From contig JAUGWO010000091.1 in NCBI GenBank assembly GCA_049724395.1, positions 1 to 64,000 on the forward strand: 64,000 nucleotides of DNA, in the 5' to 3' direction. Below are positions 10,117-20,877 of the stretch, piece by piece. The notes under the pieces are model-generated. The model was not told the origin of the DNA and did no database searches. It saw nothing but the letters and a program-made list of their open reading frames with translations. The position numbers and the translations under genes were made by a program. This DNA comes from Spongospora subterranea f. sp. subterranea (taxonomy: Eukaryota). The number at the start of each line of letters is the position of its first letter. The first letter of the stretch is position 1.

Positions 10117-12270
10117 CTTCCTTCTTTCAAAAAAATGCCCCACCCATGAAATAAAAATCCGAAATTTCCTGAAGCCAGGTTGCGTCTTTAATTATTATGC
10201 AAAAAAATAGGAATCTTTTACAAGTAGGTTATACTTTCCCTAATCAATATCGTTTCTGATATTAATCTAGTCCTCACTGACTATCTTGTTAGAGACCATG
10301 AATGAATCCTCATCCAAGGTACTGTGAGACTTTCACTCACTAAACCAAAAAAATCATAATAATATCGCAACACTGCTTCAATCATATCGTAGGCTAACTG
10401 TGGGCTCTCAGTTTCCGACGCCTGGAATATGACTTGGCCTTACACTTCAACTCTGGTGAAGCAACCACATCAATTGATTTGTCCATCAATTTCTCCAACA
10501 AAAACCTCAATCTGACTTTTCAGTGAATGAGTTTTGTTTGCAATCAAGAATTCTTGGACCAATGTCCTTGCATCCTGAGCAACTTGCTCTAATGGCTCCC
10601 AGAAATTTCGGTCTCTGAAAATCCCAACCATTTTACTAATGCTACGAGCGATTGAGACTTCGAATCCACTTTCACGTTCACAATAAACTCTGCTTCAAAT
10701 GTAGCATTGTCAAATGCAAACTGATTCTTAATCTCCTCAGTAACATTCATCTTCGGATCGTCATAAATCGGATTCTATCCCCATGAACTTTCCGCATTGA
10801 CTTATCAACTAAGTTCATGACAGTAAACACATATTCATTGTTATTCTCAACAATCTGATATGGCCCTCTCCATCTCTGAAAGAGCTTCTGTCCAGACTTC
10901 TCAACATCAGGGCTACATAAGACGAAATCTCCGACCGACACCAAAATTTGGTCTTTGCCGAGGTTTCCTTGTCTTTGGCAACTTACGATTCTGGGTCCGT
11001 TCAGAACTCGTAATAGCCGCAACTTCTTTGTGCAGCTGTTCCATAGCACTCTCTAATGTCTCAGTTCTGCTGACAATTTGTTCTGTTGTCATCTGACATT
11101 TACCCAGGTTCTCTCCAAGCTTTTTGAAGATAAGTTCCAGCGGATTATCACTCTTCAATCCCGTATGAACCGTTACTGGTGCTTTCCACCCCAGTCTCTT
11201 CTTTGGTCGATGGTTGATAGCATGTTCTATTGCTTTCAACAACCATGGCCAATCCTCTTTATTCCACCTCAACTCTGAAATCAGAGCTTGAAATACAGAC
11301 TTCAGGGCGTTATTCACAACCTCAACTGTCCCTTTAGGATAGTGAATATACGCTGTGGTCCAATGTTGTTCCACACCCGCTTTCTTGGCAAAGCTCCTCA
11401 TTACTTCTAATAGAAAGTAAGAAGCTTGGTCTGAAACATACACCTCTGATGTTCCAAACTTTGATCGCCATTCCATCAACGCATCAACAGTCGTCTCCTT
11501 ATCAGGAGTCACTGCTGGTGTCAGGTGAACCAAACCTGACAAGTCATCTACAATAACTAGAACCCATTCAAACTCATGATATGATCCTTTTACTCTAGGC
11601 ATTATATACATGAAATCAAAGTGCAATACTTGATTTGGTCTAGTTCCATGACATGCTTCACCAAAAGGTAGTGGGATTCTCTTCCCTCCTCTGGTAGGAA
11701 TGCAATGTAAAAACAAGTTACATATAGATGTGACATCATCGATCGTCGATTTCCAATGAAATTGTTCTTGTAGTAGTTTGAGTACTACATTAATTCCATA
11801 ATGTCCACAATTTGCCCCAACATGGGCAATAAACACAATCTAGTCTTTAGATTGTCACATTCATCTGGGATAACCACTTTGTCTGAGTGACTTAGCAATA
11901 ACCCATCTGAATTCAAGATTAAGGAATCCCTGTCTCAACACTTAATCCAATTATTCTGCTCTTGAGTAACCTCATCAACATTTGGCCACACCAACGTACT
12001 CATGGGTTGAGTCCGAAATTGATCCTTGAAGTTTTGAGGTCCAAGTGATGCATCAGTTGGGTCTATTCTAGCATCATGATCGATATCATTCTCAACATGC
12101 TCAGGTTCATCAGTTATCGATCCATTACTCCTTTGAGTACCACGATTAACTGTAATCCTATTGCATCTCTCAGAACCGCATCCAGATCCCTGTTGGCCAT
12201 TATCAATGTCTGATTTTGATAATGCGGCCCACCATCGAGTCATCATATCAGCCCCAGACATTCCCCAGCT
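9898..12270 (-). mobile_element. 5'-truncated Ty3/gypsy LTR retrotransposon with chromodomain integrase
   Basis: RNase H tail ('ADMMTRW', ~12230-12270); integrase 10913-11836 (HHCC region, LHFDFMY, VSDQASYF, GTVEVVN); GPY/F motif (FQRWRGPYQIV); frameshifted chromodomain at ~10530-10720 (LVKWLGFSET..WEPLEQVAQDARTLVQEF); PPT and 3' LTR. Confidence 0.92.
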
Positions 12271-12687
12271 TGCTTCGTGCATTTTTCAGGATCCTGCGTG
12301 ACAAAGCCTTCAGGTTGTTCGATGAAAAAAGTTGGCAACCGTGTTTTCATAATGAAGTTCTGACCATCGTAAAACAAAATTGCAAAGCATTGTAAAGTCG
12401 CATACCCGCTAGAATCGCGCTAGGGTTTGGAAAACGTCAGGTATTGACAACTATCCACAACGGTTTGATAAAGTGTCGTTAATTCTTCTGGCCCCGGTGG
12501 TAAAGTAATTAACATTTGTTGCAAATTAATTGATTCATATTCATATTTGAAGAAAAATAAGGCATTGCACTTGAGTTGCATTCAGGGCAATTTTTGGAAT
12601 TTTGACTCACAAAGACCGACATTTTCAATAATTCACCAAATGACGTCAGAGCAAATCAGACAGTACATAATGTTGATAAATTACTGA

Positions 12688-13068
12688 TCATATATTGGTT
12701 GGTGGTTGGGATCGTCTCCGATGCGGTGCTTGCTGAAGGGATGATTCTTCAGTGACAACATTTGGGCGCTTCATGTGCATTTGAGGGGGGACCATTAACA
12801 AATTGTCGTCACCTGTTCTCTGGTATTTCGCCATTTGGGAGCTAGATATAGGACGTTCCCGATCGCTCAGAATGTGAATTTTTCGGGCAGATGGCGGCTT
12901 CGGAAACAATGTTGCCGATGCAGAATTTCCCAGAATGGCCGACGCAGATGGAAGCGGTTTCGGCACGATTCTGGCTTGTGGTTTGGCAATCGCGGTCGGG
13001 TCAGGTGGTTGCCTCTCATCATCGCTATTCTCATCGCTATCGTTCTGATATTGAACCAGCCCCATCAT
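12688..13068 (-). CDS. Hypothetical low-complexity protein (126 aa); apparent host gene inside the TE island
   Basis: Intact ORF with a typical 'MGLVQYQNDSDE' acidic start, an LPSA motif and a C-terminal 'VPPQMHMKRPNVVTEE' motif. No TE motifs. Confidence 0.65.
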   Translation of the reverse strand: MMGLVQYQNDSDENSDDERQPPDPTAIAKPQARIVPKPLPSASAILGNSASATLFPKPPSARKIHILSDRERPISSSQMAKYQRTGDDNLLMVPPQMHMKRPNVVTEESSLQQAPHRRRSQPPTNI

Positions 13069-13229
13069 GGTCCTGGAGGTGAGCTGGGAGCGGGTGTCGT
13101 CCCTGGTCCCGACTCCTCAACCAACTAATGTCAGAACGGGACTCTTAGTGGGAGGCTCCGCCATGGGTCAGCGATTCCGCAGCAATTTATTGATGTCGCC
13201 AGCATATTATCTAACTTTGATACCCCTAA

Positions 13230-13552
13230 TTGCGACCAGTTTTTGGAGGTTCAAACTAAAATTTTGCAATTTCAGAAGGAAAAACTGCAGTTGGAACTAC
13301 GTGCTCAAGAGAAAAGTGTTGCAGCGAAGCAAGAAGAACTAGCTTTGGAAAAATACAAACAGATGGAGGATCGAAAATTTCCCTCTGGCAATGCGGTTCG
13401 TTAATTTTCGGTCCTCCATCTGTTTGTATTTTTCCAAAGCTAGTTCTTCTTGCTTCGCTGCAACACTTTTCTCTTGAGCACGTAGTTCCAATTGCAGTTT
13501 TTCCTTCTGAAATTGCAACATTTCAGTTTGAACCTCCAAAAACTGGTCGCAA
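13230..13552. repeat. Inverted duplication: arms 13230-13379 and 13403-13552 (150 bp), 23-nt loop
   Basis: Manual alignment gives 4 substitutions and no indels. Confidence 0.97.
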
Positions 13553-14342
13553 AGTCCCTCTTGACTGGCTTGGGGGTCACGCTACCAATTGAAGAGTCAA
13601 TGGAGGAGGGGAGTTGGCAATTTTTAAGAGTCCTTGATGGTATCCGACATTTTCTGTCTGGTGTAGCATCGGTAAAACCTACATCAGCCGGGCGTCTTTG
13701 CGCACGTTGGTTAATTGACGGGTTAGCTTCGTCCATATCGTTATGTTGGTCTTGCGATATGGTTTCACTGGATTCGCTAGGTGAATCAGCACTTGAATCA
13801 TCGTCAGAAGAATTGGTATAGTGTTGATGCATGATGTCTTTGAAGAAGTCTTTGCTCACGCCCCCTAGTTCGGCAATCGCAGAAGGAGTGACATTTTGGC
13901 GATTTTCCAGGACCTTATCCATTCGTTAAAAAAACGGGCACATCGATTCGAGTTTCTGCTCGATTGTCGTAATGTTCTTTTTGCGGTCGATGTCGGTGAT
14001 ACCGTGTCCGGTTGCACCGGGTTGCGATATTTTCTTTGCGTTTTTATACCTCTTGCGGTAGCTGGAATAACGACTTTTTGCAACGGCAGCCGTCAATGAA
14101 CGGGTGTTGCAAATGTTAACGACGAAGGTAGCCATGGCTTGAAAGCCAGCTGTTTTTGATATTTTTTGCCCTGCGATCATAGACTTATTCTGGGCAGCCT
14201 TGCCTTCAACCATGGCGAAGTTTTCTGGTGTTTCAAGAAAACAAACCATGGCCATATACTCCGACCTACTGGTTCGTTGGCGTTTACAATCAGCACGACC
14301 AGATCGATTGGTCGCCATCGTCAAAACAAATGCCGCAGACAT
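13380..14342 (-). pseudogene. Harbinger ORF1 (Myb/SANT-like) with nonsense codon, frameshift and 3' truncation
   Basis: RQRTSRSEYMAMVCFLETPENFAMVEGKAAQNKSMIAGQK...KSRYSSYRKRYK...TGHGITDID...EQKLESMCPFF*RMDKVLENRQNVTP, homologous to 5718-6750. Confidence 0.85.
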
Positions 14343-14883
14343 AAAATCCGAATCTTAAAATAAGATTAACCTGCCTGAGGTATGCGACGGAAAACCGATT
14401 TTTAAAACTGCGGAATTTCTAACTTTGATACCCCCTACGACGAAAATTGAGCGCCTAGAGACGAAATTAGGAATTGCTTGAGAGCAGTATGAAACCCTAC
14501 GGCGCCCTTTGGCCACATTGGTCATGGATCACTTCATCATGCGCTTCATTGACCGGGCAACCCTACAAAAAAGCGCCACCTTGATCAGGCGATCCTGCAA
14601 TCGTCTCATTGACCAGAGATCACTTCATCATGCTCCTCATTGGCCAGCTGAAAATCCCCAATTCGGGAATTGCTGCCAAGTCTTTACAATGGTATCAGCG
14701 TCGTGAGTGGTCTTTGTCGCTCCTCTTTTATAGTTTCCAATGCTTGCCCTGACTTCACCACGACAATTATGGGTTCAATTTTGAGCATTTTTACTAGGAT
14801 TGTTTATATACTCTAAAAATTCCATCTGCTGTAGCCTCGTTTCACGTAAATTTCAATTTTACTGCTTAACCCTTCTCGATTTA

Positions 14884-16332
14884 TTAAGGCAAATCGTCGC
14901 CGTCAGTTAGTAATAATATTTCACCCTGGTGACGATCGCATTCGCTGCGTCTACAGCGGATTGGCCGAAAAGCGAGTAGTACAAAGCTAATAAGACATGC
15001 GACACATGGAACCCAGTTCATCCATCTCGTGCCGAATATATTTAATGGGATTAGAAAATACACAATCGCGGCGATTCCGTTCATCATTGTTAGGAGCGTT
15101 CCCGCGGCGGTGCTCGGAGCTGGAAAGCTGGTCTCCAAAGCTAATTCAAACAGGATTGGCACTGTGCCATTCACACCACCACCAACAATAGCAGATATGA
15201 TGATCAATAGAGCTGGAGGCCATCTCGATTCGCACCCCACAATGAATGCAGAAAACCCCAAGAACGAAATAGCAAACAATACTGTGGTAACTTTTTGTAG
15301 TCGCATTTGTCCATGATCGACGATTGTGGCTGCCGCTGAGCCTCCAATGAATCCTCCCAAAAGTCCAGCTGAACCAATCCAGCCAGAAATAGTTTGACCC
15401 ATGCCATATTGCGATAAATTCTATGCCAGAACAAATCAATCATTTTGGAAAATGCATGAAAACGGAATTGAAGACCTCGTTGAGTGCACCTCCCCATCCA
15501 GCGTAAATTCCTGACCCTAATCCAAAGCATACGCATGCACGACAGAACGAACCGTTCGACAACACTTTTCCATAAGACTCGCGAAAGGAAAGTTTCGATG
15601 AAACTTTCATCTCTCGAATCCGAACGAGCTGCGAATAGCTGGCAGGAGACGCCGGTGACGAAGGAAAGAATATCAGAATCGAACCCAATATGATTGAGGC
15701 GGTAAAAGCGCAAGTTAGTACAAGGTAGATGACGTTGTTGATTCCATCTGTTTCAGGAACAATAACCGCACCGACAAAGAAGGCGAACCCAGCTCCGATG
15801 TAATTAGACAGGCAAAGTATTGACGTTGCCTGGGTTCGCTGATGGACGGGAAACCAGGCGTCGCTTAGAAAAGCACCGCCGAATAGCGCCATAGGGCCAG
15901 CTAAGCCGTTTAGCGCCAAACCCAAAAATATTACACCACATTGGTCACGGTTGACACCCAGTAAGATAATCCATGATCCCAAACAAAGGCATAGAGCCGA
16001 TAGGATCATCATGGCACGGAAATGGCCTTTACTGATCCAATGCGCGACAAATGGCGATAGTACTACCGATACGGCGCACCCGATCATGGCGTCGTATTCA
16101 ATGGATTGAGCACCTATACCTAGAAGACGTCCCGATATCCCAGAAATGGCATTGAACTACGGAAATAAATGAGAAACCATAAAATCGATATTCCACGGAA
16201 ACGAACCAGATTCCAAACAAAGCCCATTTCAAAACTTAATAGAAATAAGACAATCGCTAAATACCACCGCGCCGGTTCAGGATCTGCAATATTGGTAGAT
16301 TGACCATTGTCGTTTTCCATGCCAGCCGTCAT
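14884..16332 (-). CDS. MFS transporter, SLC49 (FLVCR/DIRC2)-like
   Basis: About 12 TM helices across ORFs 16120-16332, 15440-16087 and 14884-15402. Motifs ARWYL..LFLLS, LNGLAGP...FLSDAWFPVHQRTQATSI and PILFELALETSFP. Confidence 0.85.
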
Positions 16333-16398
16333 GAAGCCCTGTCTTTTGGGTCTGGTTGGCCACTATATCAATGAGAGCCGTTATTGACGAGCTGGTCG

Positions 16399-16450
16399 GC
16401 CTCTGATCGATTAACCCTATCCCAGGACCGCCTCTGGTCGATTAACCCTA
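16399..16450. promoter_or_regulatory. Duplicated 21-bp promoter element containing telo-box-like AACCCTA
   Basis: GCCTCTG(A/G)TCGATTAACCCTA at 16399-16419 and 16430-16450, 70-120 bp upstream of the MFS ATG. The repeat is observed; regulatory function is inferred. Confidence 0.5.
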
Positions 16451-16518
16451 ATCCGTCCAATTGGAGTAGTGGGGAAATTTCCCTTTTTGCCCTCATTGTC
16501 GACTGTGTCGACAGCATC

Positions 16519-16738
16519 GTTAGCGGAGCCCCTTCATTTTGTTGACTGCCCAGGGAAGTTCCAAGTCAAAGTTCCCATGGGCCATGGAGGCATGTGACAG
16601 TCGTGTGACTATACGGTGTACATTGTCACACTCACCGGCGGAGGCCGCGGCCGGTGTTGGAAGTGAGTGTAGCTTGCAGCGGGGGGGACTTCGGCAATTG
16701 TTGTACAGTTCAAATGTCCAAATGCAGCAACTACTAAC
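16519..16738 (-). ncRNA. Candidate RNase MRP RNA (~220 nt)
   Basis: Minus-strand order fits MRP topology: P1 5' GUUAGU; P2 5' GUUGCUGC; P3-like hairpin; CR-I-like GAAGUCCCC; several GC-rich hairpins; P2 3' GCAGUCAAC; CR-V-like GGGGCUC (P4 AG-U-CCCC/GGGGCU with bulged U); P1 3' GCUAAC. No GARAR loop or oligo-T terminator seen. Confidence 0.5.
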
Positions 16739-16939
16739 TTAAGGCGTGATCCCAATTCGTTCGTTCTCCATCACAGCGACGCGGAAATTGAGACCATAGA
16801 CGGCAACGATAAATACTGTTTGCGTTTTTATCTGACGAGATGGCATATTTCACGTCACGACCTTGTGATCTTGGATCGCTGGGTAAATGGAATAGCAGCA
16901 TAGCGGCAATAGTGGATTGTTGTCAACACATGCACTGCG

Positions 16940-19900
16940 CTATTGGGTTAAATCTATGATTTGATTATCTGTATCGCTGAGGACCACAAGCGCAGGTCCT
17001 GTTTTGCCAGAAGGTGTGCGAGGACGGTTGCCGCTCATCCTAGGCGAGGAATCATGCGGGCGGGTCTCCCTGATGACTATCCGCCCGTCGCTTCTGGGTG
17101 ATTGACTAGCGGGATGCATATCGTCGATAATGGACTCCGACCGCTTCACTGGTGATGAAAAACGAGGGCGACATAGCACATATCTGTCCATCGGCCCGAC
17201 CTTGACCGGCAAACTCTCAGGAACTTTACGGCGTTTGGCGTTGGGCGAAACAACGTTATCGGCTACGCGATCGAACTGAACACGCATGGAGTTGCCTTTT
17301 CCAGCATCAACAGCCTCATTGCACACCGAAAGTTTTCGTTGTAAGAGAGGCCACATAATGTCGTCAAGCGTTCCTTTGGCCAACAGATAGGAAATGTTTA
17401 CACAAGACCCTTCTTGTCCTATAGCAACTCGGTTATGGGAGAAACCCAGGACGGAGACCAACATATTCACCAATTCTATGGGCTCGATCTTCTGCTTGCA
17501 ATAAATCTTGAGGAGTCCATGATAATTCCGCAAAGATCACATTGCTGGCGGCGGTGAGGGTTAAACCAACAGATGCGGCTTTGATACTTAACAACAGAAT
17601 TCGACATTCTGCACACGTCTGAAACTGCATCACAATTTCTCTACGGGTTATCTGTGTGAAACCCGGAATCATTTCAGTCGAATGAAAACCTGATTGACAC
17701 AAATTTCACGCACCTGACTGGTTGATCCGTCAATTCGTTTGATCACTGTGTTTGCATTCGGCACCGCCCGACGAACTTGTGTTTCGATCCCATCCAGAAC
17801 ATCCTAAACGCATTAGGAACGACAAAAAAATGCCACAGTGAGCTTGAATACCTGATGGTGAGCAAATACCAGAAACTTCTCATCGTCGCTGGACTCCATC
17901 TTCAATAAAACGAGTTTAGCGCCATCTGATACCTTGGCCAGACCGGTGCTATGATAGAGCTCGGCCAGAGCTCCATGATTCATCGACTCTTCATCGTCGA
18001 TATCCTTCACTGCATCTAAGCGTTGCTTGAACGACGCGGCGTCGTGTGCCGACAAAGACGTCACCGTAATTCCCGACCTAAATTTGGGCGGAAGGTCTAG
18101 AAACCAATTTTTTGAACACTTCCACAACACAGGCCATACGTGATGCTAACCTCGGAGAACGTCTTTTTTCAATCTCCTCACCATTAGCGTATCTGATAGC
18201 ACCGCGTTGAGCTCTTTGAGATTGTCTTTTCCGCGACATTCCCATCCGTACTGGGTCATATGCCCTTCGCAATACCTGACTCCAAATTGTCGATAATTTC
18301 CGAAAACATCGGGGCGGATGCTGTGCGCCTAAACCATCTGTTGACAGATCCGTATCCACTTTTGCATTTACTCGACAAACCTGCATGAATATTTCGCTGG
18401 GGCGCGCCATTAATGGTGTACCAGTAAGCAATACCGCCCGGCTGGCCCCTGGAACAGGTTGAAAAGTGAAGATGCACAAACAATACTTCAAAACCAACGC
18501 TGTAGAATTGGAACTGTGGCTTTCGTGCGCTGAGCAGCCGGATTCTTGATATAATGACTCTCATCGGCAATTATAAAGTTCGGATGCAATTGTTCAATAT
18601 CTGACTCTAACTTGTGTAATAATGAGTACGATATAATGATTACATCCGTCTGACGAGCATTTTTGGGCCAATCCCGACCTATAGAAATTCACTCAAAACA
18701 TTCAATAAGATTGTATGGACACGATCTGAATACCGCTCTCTACGATCTTGACTCGCTGATCGCCGAGATCAGGTAGCCAGCGCAATATTGAATCCCTCCA
18801 ATGAAACCGTAGACTCGATGGAGTAATGACCAGCACTGGCCAATCTTCAGAATAATATGATGCAAGAGTCAGCGCTTGGACTGTCTTGCCAAGACCCATT
18901 TCATCGGCAATCAGGCACCTTCCATCAAATGCACTGACAACCTAATACAGCATCAAAACTGATTCAAAACCAAAGATTTTGAAGCAATTTACTTGTTCAA
19001 CGCCCTTCTTCTGGAAATCCAGCAGCTGCTCCCATAACGATGGGGAGATTTTACTGATTTTGAACCCATTTGCTATAAAGCACGTGGCGTTGGGAAAAGA
19101 TACAAAAATCCGATTTTGGACTTACATTTACGCATGCCTTGCTGTTTAAGATATCGATCCATAACCCATTCAGGCAACGGGACAATGTTCATACTGATAT
19201 TGGGCAATCGGCTCTCAATGGAACCAGTAAACTCGTAGTATTGCGAGAGAGGAATAACCCAGCTCCCGTCTTGTGTAGACGAGAAAGTGCTCATAAATGA
19301 CGCGTGTTCCGAGTCGATAATTGCCGGCATAAATTTAACCTAAACACCAAAATGGCAGAAAGAGCCGCGATTTTCACAAAATAACCTACCTCGAAATGCG
19401 TCGGATTTGCTAAAGATGTGATGACACTATGTTTAACCTGAGGTCGGCGGGCATCAGCTTGCATTTTCCCATCATCACTGACCGTGACAAGGTTCTCAAT
19501 GGCCCATGCTGTTGGTTTTGAGTCAATGTCATCGTCCCACAAAAACGACCCTTTGCATTGATCTTGTTGTTGGCACTGCCAGAAACATCTCCCTTTGTTC
19601 GGAGATTCCTATAATACAGATCAGTTCTACATAGCTACTCGCCAACAGCATTTCTGCCATCACCTTCCTAACCGTATATCGACGCATTGGAAGTTTGTGT
19701 TGTTTACAGATAGGGACCTTCAAAGCAATCAATCTCAAGCAAATTGATACAGCACAATATTGACGACCTTTCCATCAGGGCGAGTCCCCGATACCCGAAA
19801 ATTGCTCTTGCGACGACATATCAAGCAAATGTTGACTGAAAAGAACAACCCTGCTCAGGCAATCAGCGTCATGACACTTTTATCACAAAAAATAAACGTT

Positions 19901-19953
19901 TTCGCCAGACACAGACTTGGGCTCCACTGGAAAAGAGTCGGATTGTTTGCCAT
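16940..19953 (-). CDS. SMARCAL1/ZRANB3-family SNF2 annealing helicase with N-terminal GRF zinc finger; multi-exon
   Basis: CLIADEMGLGKTVQAL, WPVLVITPSSLRFHW, IADESHYIK, LLTGTPLMARPSE, KFLVFAHHQ, RIDGST, LLSIKAASVGLTLTAAS, ELSWTPQDLLQAEDRAHRIGQ. N-terminal CKQH...VRK..PNKGRCFWQC...C..FLWDD. Start codon uncertain. Confidence 0.9.
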
Positions 19954-20265
19954 TGCGGAGTCCGAGGCGGGGATGAGAAATTATCCGAAACTGTCACGAC
20001 TGGCGACTCTCGCCTGAGCTAAATATCGCCGGTTCGAGACATGCATCATTCGATTGATTCGTGGCTTTTACTGATGATGCGTTATTGTTGATATATTCTG
20101 GCAAAGGCTTCTTAAGAAAATGCTCATTTCTACGGCGGGTAATGACTGCCGTATTTTTTTATAAAAAGGACTCAAGCTAATCAAGTGAAGGTATTACTTC
20201 ATATCTGACCCCATTTGAACTATGATTTGTTCTCTGACAAGTGGTGGGTTGTCTGAAGGAGCTCA

Positions 20266-20877
20266 ATGGCAAAGTCGATGGATCATTACCACCCAGGACA
20301 TATTTCCCATTCAACTGACGGTTTACGTCGTCAGCCGCTTCATAAACAGACATTCAAACTGAGTCGGTTCTGGCAGGCTGTATTGACATAGGATTATGAA
20401 CCGCTGGTCACCGCGCGTAGGCTCAAGACAATCCTCTGTAAGAAACTGGATAGTACCTCAGTTCAATCTGAGCAGCGACCTTGCATGCATCCAACTGCAT
20501 TACATTGTCGTATGTAGTTGATCGTTCAAAGCTATTCGAAATCACCACGCCGTCGTTCAGAAACAGACCGCGGCGAAAAATTTCAGCCAACAATTTGAAG
20601 CTATCAGTTTATTTGTACCGGGGCAACGGCATCCCCGTGTTGAATGTACATGTTAATCTATTCGTGGGAATTCTACGATACGATACCTCGCCTGGCGCCA
20701 TTTACGTGTCCTGCTCCTGTTGGACGTCACGGAGTGTATCTACTGGTAGATTACTCGTCGACCAGTTACGGTTTCGAAAACAAATTTCCGAATGTCTTTT
20801 GGCGCTACGCTGACACTATCTCCAATCATATTTTAGCGGGGTTGGCTGAATACTTTATTGATGGTGGTGAAGACTGA
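20266..20877 (+). CDS. Possible hypothetical spliced gene
   Basis: Protein-like segments (WIVPQFNLSSDLACIQLHYIV; WEFYDTIPRLAPFTCPAPVGRHGVYLLVDY...) separated by plausible short GT-AG introns. Exon structure not resolved. Confidence 0.35.

Larger units (their letters stand above)
13210..14434 (-). mobile_element. Rearranged Harbinger element 'C' (relative of A): ORF1 only, two same-orientation TIRs and a fold-back
   Basis: TCTAACTTTGATACCCC at 13210-13226 (followed by TAA) and again at 14418-14434. Shares the GGGGTATCAAA core and AAATCCGAATCTTA subterminal motif with element A. Confidence 0.85.
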
